Shown here: in pieces, positions 1-8,753 of the stretch | Layout: every line of letters starts with the position of its first letter | Position numbering within the stretch: position 1 is the first letter of the stretch | NCBI GenBank assembly: GCA_038874115.1 | Contig: JAVZDC010000001.1 | Coordinates: 138,871 to 202,870 of the forward strand | Direction of reading: 5' to 3' | DNA length: 64,000 nt | Source of the DNA: an archaeon | GTDB lineage: Archaea > B1Sed10-29 > JAVZDC01 | Position numbers and translations under genes: made by a program | The notes under the pieces: model-generated | The model's input: only the letters and a program-made list of their open reading frames with translations | Database searches by the model: none | Told to the model about the DNA's origin: nothing

Positions 1-824
1 TCTGGTGGGTTTGCTCCAACAATATAAAACTTTGCATAATCAACTTCCTTTTTTATCAATGGAAATATCTTTTTAGCAAACCAAAGAACTGCGGAAATGT
101 TTGGTGCATAATCCATCCTTCCAAGAAATATTATTCTTCCTTTTTCTCTAATGATGTTTTCATACTTGGAATCGTTAAACTCTGCAAGATCAATCGCAGT
201 TGGGATAAGAGTACTCTTTCTTGAACCTATGTGCTTTTTATCCACGCTGGAAATAAAAATAAGTTCATCGAAAACTTCTGCTTGTTTTTTTTCATAAGCA
301 AACAACCTTGGATAATCAATAAAACAATAAATTTTCCAAAGAATATTTTTCTCTGCTTTCATCCTGCGGAATACATTAAGAGATAAAGAGTCTACATAAT
401 CCAAAACTTTTACTTTTGCGTCTACATATTTTGCATATTCAGCCATCCGCTCCAAACACACCCACAGCACATCAAACTTTTCTTTTCTATTCAATTCCTG
501 TAGCAATTTCACCATGCTTTCATGCTGGTAAAAATTAACTTGAAAAGGTAAAGAAGAAAACAAAAATTTTATTCCTAACTTGATTTGGTTTAAAGATAGG
601 GTAGATGTAACAACGCCTCTTCTTTCTTTTGGTAGTGGAGCCAGATAAACTTCTTTGCAAAATTTTTTCAGATTGTTAATGTGTTCTGGTTTTACTTCTC
701 CGTCATCGAAGGAAACAAAAGTTACATCATGGTCTTTAAGAGCTTCAAGTTGTTGATAAGTTCTTACTGCGTCCCCTCTTGCCCTGGAAGTCGGAAATCT
801 TGGGCACAGATAAAGTATTTTCAC
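1..824 (-). CDS. GT4-family glycosyltransferase (partial, runs off the left edge; absent from ORF track)
   Basis: Manual translation from GTG at 824 (SD-like GTGGTGA upstream): MKILYLCPRFPTSRARGDAVRTYQQLEALKDHDVTFVSF..., later IIFLGRMDYAPNISAVLWF, typical of GT-B/GT4. Confidence 0.85.
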   Translation of the reverse strand, partial: MKILYLCPRFPTSRARGDAVRTYQQLEALKDHDVTFVSFDDGEVKPEHINNLKKFCKEVYLAPLPKERRGVVTSTLSLNQIKLGIKFLFSSLPFQVNFYQHESMVKLLQELNRKEKFDVLWVCLERMAEYAKYVDAKVKVLDYVDSLSLNVFRRMKAEKNILWKIYCFIDYPRLFAYEKKQAEVFDELIFISSVDKKHIGSRKSTLIPTAIDLAEFNDSKYENIIREKGRIIFLGRMDYAPNISAVLWFAKKIFPLIKKEVDYAKFYIVGANPP

Positions 825-1018
825 GAAATCACCACAGGAAACATTAACCGAGACACCAGTAGATAATATGCCTAGTAAAAATATAAAGATATCTTGTATA
901 TTAAACACTTCACAAATTTTGGTTTTATAACTTACGCTTAATATAATAAAAATTAAAAGTTGATTGAAAAGTTCAAAAGATGAAAAAATATTTAAAGAAA
1001 AAGCACTATATATGAAGC

Positions 1019-1792
1019 ATGAAAGTAGTTATACTTGCTGGAGGATTCGGAAGCAGATTAAGTGAAGAAACAATTGTTAAACCAAAACCTTTGGTGGAAA
1101 TTGGAGATAAACCGATCTTATGGCACATAATGAAAATTTATTCCCATTATGGGTTTAACGATTTTATCATTTGTTTGGGGTATAAAGGACATATGATAAA
1201 AGAATGGTTCGCAAATTATTTCATTTACAATTCGGATTTGACAATAGATCTAAAAACAAATAAGATGGAAGTGCATGAAAATAATAATGAAGATTGGAAA
1301 GTCACATTAGTGGATACTGGACTATACACTCAAACAGGTGGCAGAATAAAAAGAATTCAAAAATATATCGGAAATCAAAGATTTATGATGACGTATGGAG
1401 ATGGAGTCGCAAATGTAGATATAAAAGCTTTAATAAAATATCATGAATCGCAGGGCAAGATTGCAACATTAACTGCTACCATTCCTGAAGGCAGGTTTGG
1501 AGCGCTACAAATATCTAAAGAAGGGGTTGTCAATTATTTCGGGGAAAAAAAAGATAATTTATCGAATTGGGTAAATGGTGGATTTTTCGTTCTCGAGCCG
1601 AAAATATTCGACTATATCAAAGACGATTCTTCAGTTTTCGAAAAAGATGTTTTGGAAAAATTAGTAGAAGAAAGACAACTCGTAGCGTATAAACATTCCG
1701 GTTTTTGGAAGCCGATGGATAAACTTAGCGACAAACTTAAATTGGAAGAATTATGGAATTCCGGAAACGCGCCTTGGAAAATTTGGCAGTAA
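1019..1792 (+). CDS. rfbF: Glucose-1-phosphate cytidylyltransferase
   Basis: VILAGGFGSRLSEET..KPKP, TGGRIKR, TYGDG, GFWKPMD, APWKIW motifs. Confidence 0.95.
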   Translation: MKVVILAGGFGSRLSEETIVKPKPLVEIGDKPILWHIMKIYSHYGFNDFIICLGYKGHMIKEWFANYFIYNSDLTIDLKTNKMEVHENNNEDWKVTLVDTGLYTQTGGRIKRIQKYIGNQRFMMTYGDGVANVDIKALIKYHESQGKIATLTATIPEGRFGALQISKEGVVNYFGEKKDNLSNWVNGGFFVLEPKIFDYIKDDSSVFEKDVLEKLVEERQLVAYKHSGFWKPMDKLSDKLKLEELWNSGNAPWKIWQ

Positions 1793-1802
1793 GGGTTTTC
1801 GT

Positions 1803-2891
1803 ATGGAATGGGAAGAATTAAAAAATTTTTTTGCTAACAAAAAAGTATGTATAACAGGGCATACCGGATTTAAAGGAAGTTGGTTAACACAAATAATGAT
1901 CCTAGCTGGAGCTGATGTGGTTGGAATTTCGGTAGATCCTCCATCGCAACCAAATTTATTTCAGATTTTAAAATTGAAAGATAAAATAAAACATTATTAC
2001 GCGGATGTTACTGAATACAAGGATATCCAAGCAATCTTTTTGAAAGAAAAACCCGAAATTGTATTTCATCTTGCTGCTCAGCCAATAGTTTTTGAAAGTT
2101 ATAAGAATCCAAGAGATACATTCGAGATAAACACACTCGGAACAACTAACGTATTGGAAGCGATAAGAAATACAAGAAGTGTAAAGTGTGCCGTATTTAT
2201 CACAACGGATAAAGTATATAAAAACAATAATTGGATTTGGCCATATCGAGAAATAGATCAACTTGGTTCTGGGCTAGATCCATATAGCGTATCAAAAGCT
2301 GCGGCAGAGATGATTATAGAAACATATTCCAAAATATATTTTAATCCTGAAAAATACGGGGAAGAACATAACACTTTAATAGCCTCTGCGAGAGCTGGAA
2401 ACGTTGTAGGTGGGGGAGATTGGGCGCCATATCGATTAATAAATGATATAGTTAGAGCAATTTTTGAAAAAAAAGAATTGGTGATTCGAAATCCATATGG
2501 AATTAGACCCTGGAACTATGTTCTCGAAGTATTGGAAGGATACATGATGTTGGCAAAGCGCTTATATATGGGAGAAACCGCTATAGTTGGAGCATGGAAT
2601 TTCGCTCCAAATATTGAAGATCATATAACTGTAAAAGAAATTATTGAAATAGCAAAAACAGTGTTGAATACGGAGATTAAAATCGCTCTGGGAGAAAAAC
2701 AAATGAAGGAAGATTCCATCCTTTTACTGGATTCAACAAAAGCACGAAGAATTTTAGGATGGAAACCAAAATACTCTGCCTATGAGCGATTTACAAATAC
2801 TTTTGAATGGTACGGCAAATATTATTCTCACAAAGAAAATATGGAAGAGTATTCCAATAAAATGATATTGAACTTTTTTGGTGAAACTTAA
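1803..2891 (+). CDS. rfbG: CDP-glucose 4,6-dehydratase
   Basis: TGHTGFKGSW, FHLAAQP, TTDKVY, DPYSVSK, RAGNVVGGGDW. Confidence 0.95.
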   Translation: MEWEELKNFFANKKVCITGHTGFKGSWLTQIMILAGADVVGISVDPPSQPNLFQILKLKDKIKHYYADVTEYKDIQAIFLKEKPEIVFHLAAQPIVFESYKNPRDTFEINTLGTTNVLEAIRNTRSVKCAVFITTDKVYKNNNWIWPYREIDQLGSGLDPYSVSKAAAEMIIETYSKIYFNPEKYGEEHNTLIASARAGNVVGGGDWAPYRLINDIVRAIFEKKELVIRNPYGIRPWNYVLEVLEGYMMLAKRLYMGETAIVGAWNFAPNIEDHITVKEIIEIAKTVLNTEIKIALGEKQMKEDSILLLDSTKARRILGWKPKYSAYERFTNTFEWYGKYYSHKENMEEYSNKMILNFFGET

Positions 2892-3356
2892 ATGTATGAG
2901 ATCGGAAACATTGAAGGTGTAATAATAAGCAGTAGAAAAACCATTTTAGATGATAGGGGATGTATACGACATTTTATGAAATGTACGGACCCTGAGTTTA
3001 AAAAATTTGGAGAAGTCTACTTCTCAGAAATATTTCCGGGGGTAGTTAAAGGTTGGCATCTTCATACAAAAATGGAGCTAAATTATGTTTGTATTAAGGG
3101 GAATATCAAACTTGTTTTATTGGATTTAAGAGAAAAGTCTCCAACTAAAAATAAGTTAATGGAGATCTATCTTGGGGAAAAAGATTATAAGCTAGTAAAA
3201 ATTCCTCCCGGAGTATTAAATGGATTTACTGCTATTGGAGAAGGTTCTGCAATTGTAGCAAATTTTACGGATATGCCTTACGACCCTGACGAAATTAAAC
3301 GCATCGATCCATGGGACAAATCAATAGGTTATAACTGGAAAGTGAAAGACCGATGA
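2892..3356 (+). CDS. NDP-4-keto-6-deoxyhexose epimerase (RfbC/RmlC cupin family)
   Basis: DDRG, KGWHLH, DLRE.SPT, IPPG..NGF cupin motifs. Confidence 0.85.
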   Translation: MYEIGNIEGVIISSRKTILDDRGCIRHFMKCTDPEFKKFGEVYFSEIFPGVVKGWHLHTKMELNYVCIKGNIKLVLLDLREKSPTKNKLMEIYLGEKDYKLVKIPPGVLNGFTAIGEGSAIVANFTDMPYDPDEIKRIDPWDKSIGYNWKVKDR

Positions 3357-4216
3357 AATTTGCAGTAGTCGGCTCGAATGGCCTTCTTGGAACACATCTA
3401 TATCTCAAACTAAAGGAGGTAAATGAGGAAGTTTTTGGCATAAGTAGAACCAAAAGTATTTTTACGAAGTATAACTGCGATGCTGCTTCTTTCGACGCCA
3501 TCGAAAAGATTATTTTAAAAGAGAAACCAGATATTGTAGTTAATTGTGCAAAATATAAAGGAAAGACAGATAATGCCGAAAAAGAAAGAAAAGAAGCGTA
3601 CATTTCCAACGTGGTGATTGTAAAAAATTTGGTAGCCATACAGAAAGAAATCCCTTTTAAATTGATACAAATATCAACTGATTGGATCTACTCCGGATTT
3701 GAGGAAGAAATATATACGGAAGAAAGTATTCCTTATCCTTTAAATTTTTATGGGTTATCTAAATTATTGGCTGAACAAGAAATAATATTTAAATCAAAAG
3801 ATTATCTCATATTGAGAACTACTGGATTATTTGGAGAAGAACATCCGCCAAAAAACTTTTATGCTAGGTTGAAATACTCTTTAGAAAAAAATGAAAAATT
3901 TTACGCTGCTTTTGACCAATATTCTCAACCAATTTCCGCATTAGAACTTTCTAAAATAATATACCAGCTATCAAAACAGAACGAGTGTGGACTTTTTAAC
4001 GCTACTGGCGGTGAATATCTGTCTAGATATGATTTTGCGAAAAAAATTGCAAGATTTCTAGGCTTGAATGAAGCACAAATAGAAAAAATATCATCAGATT
4101 TTAGAGAAATAAGAATACCTAAATATCTCAAAGTGGATAACTCTAAAATCGAAAAAAAACTGGGTAGAAAAATGAAAAATATCGATGAGATGCTTAAAGA
4201 ATTAAAGGTGACATAA
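3353..4216 (+). CDS. NDP-4-ketosugar reductase (RfbD/RmlD SDR family)
   Basis: GSNGLLG, ISTDWIY, YGLSK catalytic YxxxK. Confidence 0.85.
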   Translation: MKFAVVGSNGLLGTHLYLKLKEVNEEVFGISRTKSIFTKYNCDAASFDAIEKIILKEKPDIVVNCAKYKGKTDNAEKERKEAYISNVVIVKNLVAIQKEIPFKLIQISTDWIYSGFEEEIYTEESIPYPLNFYGLSKLLAEQEIIFKSKDYLILRTTGLFGEEHPPKNFYARLKYSLEKNEKFYAAFDQYSQPISALELSKIIYQLSKQNECGLFNATGGEYLSRYDFAKKIARFLGLNEAQIEKISSDFREIRIPKYLKVDNSKIEKKLGRKMKNIDEMLKELKVT

Positions 4217-4217
4217 C

Positions 4218-5552
4218 ATGAGAAATATAACATTAAAAAATAAAATGAAAAAACTTGTAAAAGAGTATTATAAAATTGAAGCTCAAAAAAATAAAAAAAG
4301 TGAATTTATATCAGTTACAGGCAAAAAATATGATGATAAAGAATTGTGGAATGGTATCGAAGCTATCTTGAAAGGGTGGTGGACTGAAGGGGAGTATAAT
4401 TTAGCTTTTGAAAACAAGTTAAAAGAATATGTGGGATGTAAATACGCTGTAACAACTAACTCAGGATCATCAGCCAATCTATTAGCTTTTATGTCTTTGA
4501 CTTCGAAAAAACTTGGAGAAAAAAGAATTCTTCCTGGAGATGAAGTAATCACAGTAGCTGCTTGCTTTCCAACCACGGTCTTTCCGATAATCCAAGCAGA
4601 AGCAGTTCCAGTGTTTGTAGATGTAGATCTTGAAACATATAATGCCAAAGTAGATGAGATAAAAAAAGCGATTTCACCAAAAACGAAAGCAATTTTAATG
4701 GCACATACTCTTGGAAACCCTTTTCAACTAGACGAAATTTTAAAGATAAAAGAAAAATATGATTTGTGGCTAATAGAAGATACATGCGATGCTTTGGGGT
4801 CTACTTATGCTGAAAAAAAAGTGGGTAGTTTTGGGGATTTGTCGACTTTCAGTTTTTATCCAGCACATCACATTACTACTATAGAAGGAGGGGCAATACT
4901 CACCAATAATTCTTTAATACACCGCATCGTCCGGTCTTTCAGAGACTGGGGTAGAGATTGCTGGTGCTCGACTGGAAAAAATGATACTTGCGGAAAAAGA
5001 TTTGGTTGGCAGTTAGGCAAGTTGCCATTTGGGTATGATCATAAATACATATATTCTGAGATTGGGTATAATTTAAAGATGACTGATATTCAAGCTGCGA
5101 TTGGATTGGCACAACTTGAGAAAATAGAAAAATTTTCTGCTATCAGGAAAAAAAATTTTAATTACTTAAAATCAAGAATGATTGAACTCGGACTGGATGA
5201 ATACTTTATACTGCCGAAACAAACTCCGAAAAGTGATCCATGTTGGTTTGGCTTTATACTCACCATAAAGGATAAATATGCAGATCTCATCAGAAGAAAC
5301 GAATTACAACAATATCTTTATAATAACAAAATAGATAGCAGAGTACTGTTCGCCGGAAATATAACAAAACAACCAGTTTTCATTGAAAATGAAATTAATT
5401 ACAAAGTGGTTGGGAATTTATCGAACACAGACAGAATAATGAAAAATTCCTTATGGGTCGGGATCCACCAAGGCCTTAATAAAAAGCATATGGAAAAAAT
5501 TGCAAAAAATATTGCTAATTTCATATATGATAAAATGAGGGGAATTAAATGA
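4218..5552 (+). CDS. rfbH: CDP-4-keto-6-deoxyglucose 3-dehydrase E1 (RfbH/DdhC), PMP- and [2Fe-2S]-dependent
   Basis: NSGSSANLLA, SFYPAHHIT (His in place of the PLP lysine), GRDCWC-x7-CGKRF and YDHKY cluster motif. Confidence 0.92.
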   Translation: MRNITLKNKMKKLVKEYYKIEAQKNKKSEFISVTGKKYDDKELWNGIEAILKGWWTEGEYNLAFENKLKEYVGCKYAVTTNSGSSANLLAFMSLTSKKLGEKRILPGDEVITVAACFPTTVFPIIQAEAVPVFVDVDLETYNAKVDEIKKAISPKTKAILMAHTLGNPFQLDEILKIKEKYDLWLIEDTCDALGSTYAEKKVGSFGDLSTFSFYPAHHITTIEGGAILTNNSLIHRIVRSFRDWGRDCWCSTGKNDTCGKRFGWQLGKLPFGYDHKYIYSEIGYNLKMTDIQAAIGLAQLEKIEKFSAIRKKNFNYLKSRMIELGLDEYFILPKQTPKSDPCWFGFILTIKDKYADLIRRNELQQYLYNNKIDSRVLFAGNITKQPVFIENEINYKVVGNLSNTDRIMKNSLWVGIHQGLNKKHMEKIAKNIANFIYDKMRGIK

Positions 5553-6985
5553 AATTTATTGATCTTACGCAATATGCTTACAAACCTCCTAGCATCGAGG
5601 AACTTTGCGGAGAGATATTGGATAAAAGAGATGGTAGAAAAAAAGATTTGGCTGTAATCGTAGCCACAAGCGGATCGCAAGAAATACTTCATGAATTTTT
5701 AAACTTTGTTTCTAAACAATCATACAAAAAGTTTGATGTTATAATAATATACAATACTTTGGATCCGTTTTATAAGAAATTTGATAATAAGTTATCAATA
5801 CTTCACATCATTAGAAAAAAAAATCTAGGTTTTGGAGGAGCAGTTTATCTTGGACAAAAAATAGCAGTAAAAGAAAAATATAAATATATAACTTTTTTCG
5901 ATGTAGATCGGTTTGTTGTAAATCGAGATGCTTTTAAATTAATGATTGCCGAGTTGGAAAAAAACCCAAGGATTTCTGTTGTGATGGGGTTATGCGAATA
6001 TTCGAATAAAAAAGACTATAGATCAGTTGGTCCGTCTGTACTCGGCGGGATATTTAAAAGAGAATTTTTTGAAAATTATGGGTATTATTATCTTCCTTTT
6101 TACTTTGGTATGGAAGATAATGACTTTACGAGGAGGGTGTATTATTCAAAGGGGTATAAAATCTTGAATGAAGTATTGCTCACTCACCCATATCACACTT
6201 TTTTAAATACTCTTCTGTTCCTTTGGAAAAACTCAACAAAAAATATCTTTCCAACGCAAACAAAAATACTTTATACTTTGCCTGAAGTAGCAGGGGTGGC
6301 AAAATATGTGAGTTCCAAAGAGGTTTATGGTGTGGATTCTAGCTCTTGGAGAAAACTAAGGTTTGCAAGAGTAAGACATGCAATATACATATGGCTTCTT
6401 TTATTCAGATTCAATATAGTTTCTCGTCTAATTTTATCAGGTCTGGAAAAAACACTATCTGGTGTCTTACCCGGCCGTTTAAAATATCCAACTGTTATTA
6501 AGATGGGTAAAGATGTAAAACTTAAAATAAAGTTAGAAGAAATAAAGGACCCTCCTGTGTTTGATCAATTTTTCTATTCCGATAGTAAAGAAGTGAGAAA
6601 AATAATTGATGAGCTAAATATCAAATATAAAGAAAAAATTTCGATACCAGTAGACAAAGGGGCATTATCCAACATCAAACCAACAATAACGCTACTTACT
6701 TTTCCATATAAAGGAAAGGTGGCTTTTTATCATTCGACGATAGGATTATTCTGGAGATACTTCTTATTGAGATATATTCCGTTAGCTTTGCGATTAAAAG
6801 AATTTTATGTCATATACCCGGATGGAAAAGTATATAAAGTTTATCCATTTCGACAGGGGATAATCTCTTCGATACTTTGGAGTTTTTTAAAATCAACGTG
6901 GCAAACGTTCCAAGTAATTTATGCGTTTAGGCACATGCCGTCCACATATAAATATGGGTTGGAAACTACAAAACAAAAAGATTAG
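5549..6985 (+). CDS. GT2-family glycosyltransferase with long C-terminal extension
   Basis: NLGFGG, DVD (DxD) and MEDNDF motifs; overlaps the rfbH stop. Confidence 0.75.
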   Translation: MKFIDLTQYAYKPPSIEELCGEILDKRDGRKKDLAVIVATSGSQEILHEFLNFVSKQSYKKFDVIIIYNTLDPFYKKFDNKLSILHIIRKKNLGFGGAVYLGQKIAVKEKYKYITFFDVDRFVVNRDAFKLMIAELEKNPRISVVMGLCEYSNKKDYRSVGPSVLGGIFKREFFENYGYYYLPFYFGMEDNDFTRRVYYSKGYKILNEVLLTHPYHTFLNTLLFLWKNSTKNIFPTQTKILYTLPEVAGVAKYVSSKEVYGVDSSSWRKLRFARVRHAIYIWLLLFRFNIVSRLILSGLEKTLSGVLPGRLKYPTVIKMGKDVKLKIKLEEIKDPPVFDQFFYSDSKEVRKIIDELNIKYKEKISIPVDKGALSNIKPTITLLTFPYKGKVAFYHSTIGLFWRYFLLRYIPLALRLKEFYVIYPDGKVYKVYPFRQGIISSILWSFLKSTWQTFQVIYAFRHMPSTYKYGLETTKQKD

Positions 6986-7030
6986 AATTTTAAATAATAT
7001 TTCTTAAGAAAGATTTAAATACTAGATCCA

Positions 7031-7046
7031 CCGAAAAATATATATA
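7031..7046 (+). promoter_or_regulatory. BRE/TATA promoter of gar1-tfb
   Basis: CCGAAAAATATATATA, TATA part about 25 nt upstream of the ATG at 7064. Confidence 0.6.
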
Positions 7047-7063
7047 CTTTACGGGTAGATTAA

Positions 7064-7294
7064 ATGAAAAAGCTAGGTAGAGTACTTTCTATTTCTAATG
7101 ATAATAAATTAATAGTCAAAACAGAACAGGTTGTAAAACTTGGAATGGAAGTATATGATGAAAAAAGAAGGCATGTTGGTACAATCATTGACTTTTTTGG
7201 GCCAGCGTATGGTCCATACGTTGTAGTTAGTGCGGAAAAAGAGAGTAATTTTTTGCTTGGAAAAGATCTTTTCGTAAAAGGAAAAAAAGATTGA
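7064..7294 (+). CDS. gar1: H/ACA RNP subunit Gar1/Naf1
   Basis: LG.V....VYD....VG.IIDFFGP...PY motif; conserved position upstream of tfb. Confidence 0.88.
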   Translation: MKKLGRVLSISNDNKLIVKTEQVVKLGMEVYDEKRRHVGTIIDFFGPAYGPYVVVSAEKESNFLLGKDLFVKGKKD

Positions 7295-7309
7295 AAAGGA
7301 GGATTTAAA

Positions 7310-8209
7310 ATGGCGTCTTGTGAATGTGGGGGAGAAATTATAGAAGACTTTGAGAGAGGGGTAAAATATTGCAAAAAATGCGGAAAAGTAATTGAGGAAG
7401 AATTGTTGGATAGAGGGGCAGAATGGAGAGCATATGATTGGTCTCAAAGGACTGAAAAAAGTAGAGCTGGAGCCCCAATAGATATTACAAGACCAAACAA
7501 AGGACTCCCTACTGAAATAGATCGGTTTAACAAAGATTGGAGAAGTGAGAAAATAACTTCTCCGGAAATGAAAAAAAGATTGACTAGCTTGAGAAAATGG
7601 AACAAAATGCTGCAGACATCGTCTTCGGTTGAAAGAAACTTGGCTATTGCGATGGGAGAATTAAGTAAAATTTGCGCTACTCTTGGATTGTCGAACAATA
7701 TAAAAGAAGCTGCTGCAATGCTTTACCGAAAAGCTGTTTCGAAAGGAGTTATCCGAGGAAGATTAATTGAAGCGGTAGTTGCAGCAATCGTGTACATGGT
7801 ATGTAGACAATATGGAATACCAAGAACTTTAGAAGAAATTGCGGAAAAAACAAACTTAAGTAAAAAGGATATTGGCAGAACATACAGATACTTGAAGAAA
7901 GATTTAGGAATAACAATGCCTTTAAGCAATCCAATTCACTACATTCCAAGATTTGCTTCTGAATTAAACTTATATGGAGAGGTCCAAGAAAGGGCGATTA
8001 AGATTTTAGAAGAAGCTATGAAGAAGAAATTAATATCTGGCCGGGGTCCGACTGGAATAGCAGCTGCAGCGATTTATATAGCAAGTGTTCAACTTGGAGA
8101 ACATAGGACTCAAAAAGAAGTTGCAGAAGTTGCGGGGGTCACAGAAGTTACAATCAGGAACAGGTATAGAGAATTAAAAGAACTTTTAAAGTTAGATTTG
8201 CCAAACTAA
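7310..8209 (+). CDS. tfb: Transcription initiation factor IIB
   Basis: Zn ribbon, EWRAY B-reader, cyclin repeats, GRGPTG, VTEVTIRNRY. Confidence 0.97.
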   Translation: MASCECGGEIIEDFERGVKYCKKCGKVIEEELLDRGAEWRAYDWSQRTEKSRAGAPIDITRPNKGLPTEIDRFNKDWRSEKITSPEMKKRLTSLRKWNKMLQTSSSVERNLAIAMGELSKICATLGLSNNIKEAAAMLYRKAVSKGVIRGRLIEAVVAAIVYMVCRQYGIPRTLEEIAEKTNLSKKDIGRTYRYLKKDLGITMPLSNPIHYIPRFASELNLYGEVQERAIKILEEAMKKKLISGRGPTGIAAAAIYIASVQLGEHRTQKEVAEVAGVTEVTIRNRYRELKELLKLDLPN

Positions 8210-8351
8210 TTTTTTAGTATATTTTTTACTCCCTGCCAAATCAACTAATAAAAATTAATTACTCATCTATAAAGATAAACGAGTAAAGCGGTATTAATCG
8301 GAAAAAATATTTTTGTTACTTGCAAATGTTGAATAATCTTGTTTAAATCAT

Positions 8352-8702
8352 TCAACGACATTCCACTCTAACCGTGGGGAAAACTTCAGAAGATAAATAA
8401 TATTCTCCTGGCTCCAAATCCGGAATGTAAAAACTTTTTAATTCCCCCAGGTTTAGACTCATATTAAAGGACCAATACTTTTTTTGGGACGCAAAATAAG
8501 CAGTAGTATTTATCGGAGCATCTCCACTGTTTCTTAAGAAAATTAATTTGGTTTTTGCATCACAATTAACTACTTGGACTACTGTTGTTTTAACGAATTG
8601 AGCTTGGTGAGAAATAAAAAATAGAGCAACAATTCCGACAATAATAAGTAAAGAAAGCCCTCCAGCTAAAAAAGCTATTTTTTTAATTAAAATAGATTCC
8701 AT
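8352..8702 (-). CDS. Small N-terminally anchored membrane protein, loosely pilin/Ig-like
   Basis: One hydrophobic helix followed by a beta-rich domain with IFLRNSGDAPI; ATG at 8702 preferred over the TTG at 8720. Confidence 0.6.
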   Translation of the reverse strand: MESILIKKIAFLAGGLSLLIIVGIVALFFISHQAQFVKTTVVQVVNCDAKTKLIFLRNSGDAPINTTAYFASQKKYWSFNMSLNLGELKSFYIPDLEPGEYYLSSEVFPTVRVECR

Positions 8703-8753
8703 AGCTTTAATAAAATACAAAGATTTTTATTTATTTGCATTTAAAAAAATAAT

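Noticed and set aside
681..866. 61-aa plus-strand ORF from the track
   Set aside because: Antisense shadow of the GT4 gene starting at 824
8210..8351. Intergenic gap with a small TTACTC/GAGTAA hairpin and a 30-codon minus-strand ORF
   Set aside because: Weak AT-rich pairing and no SD; consistent with a convergent terminator region
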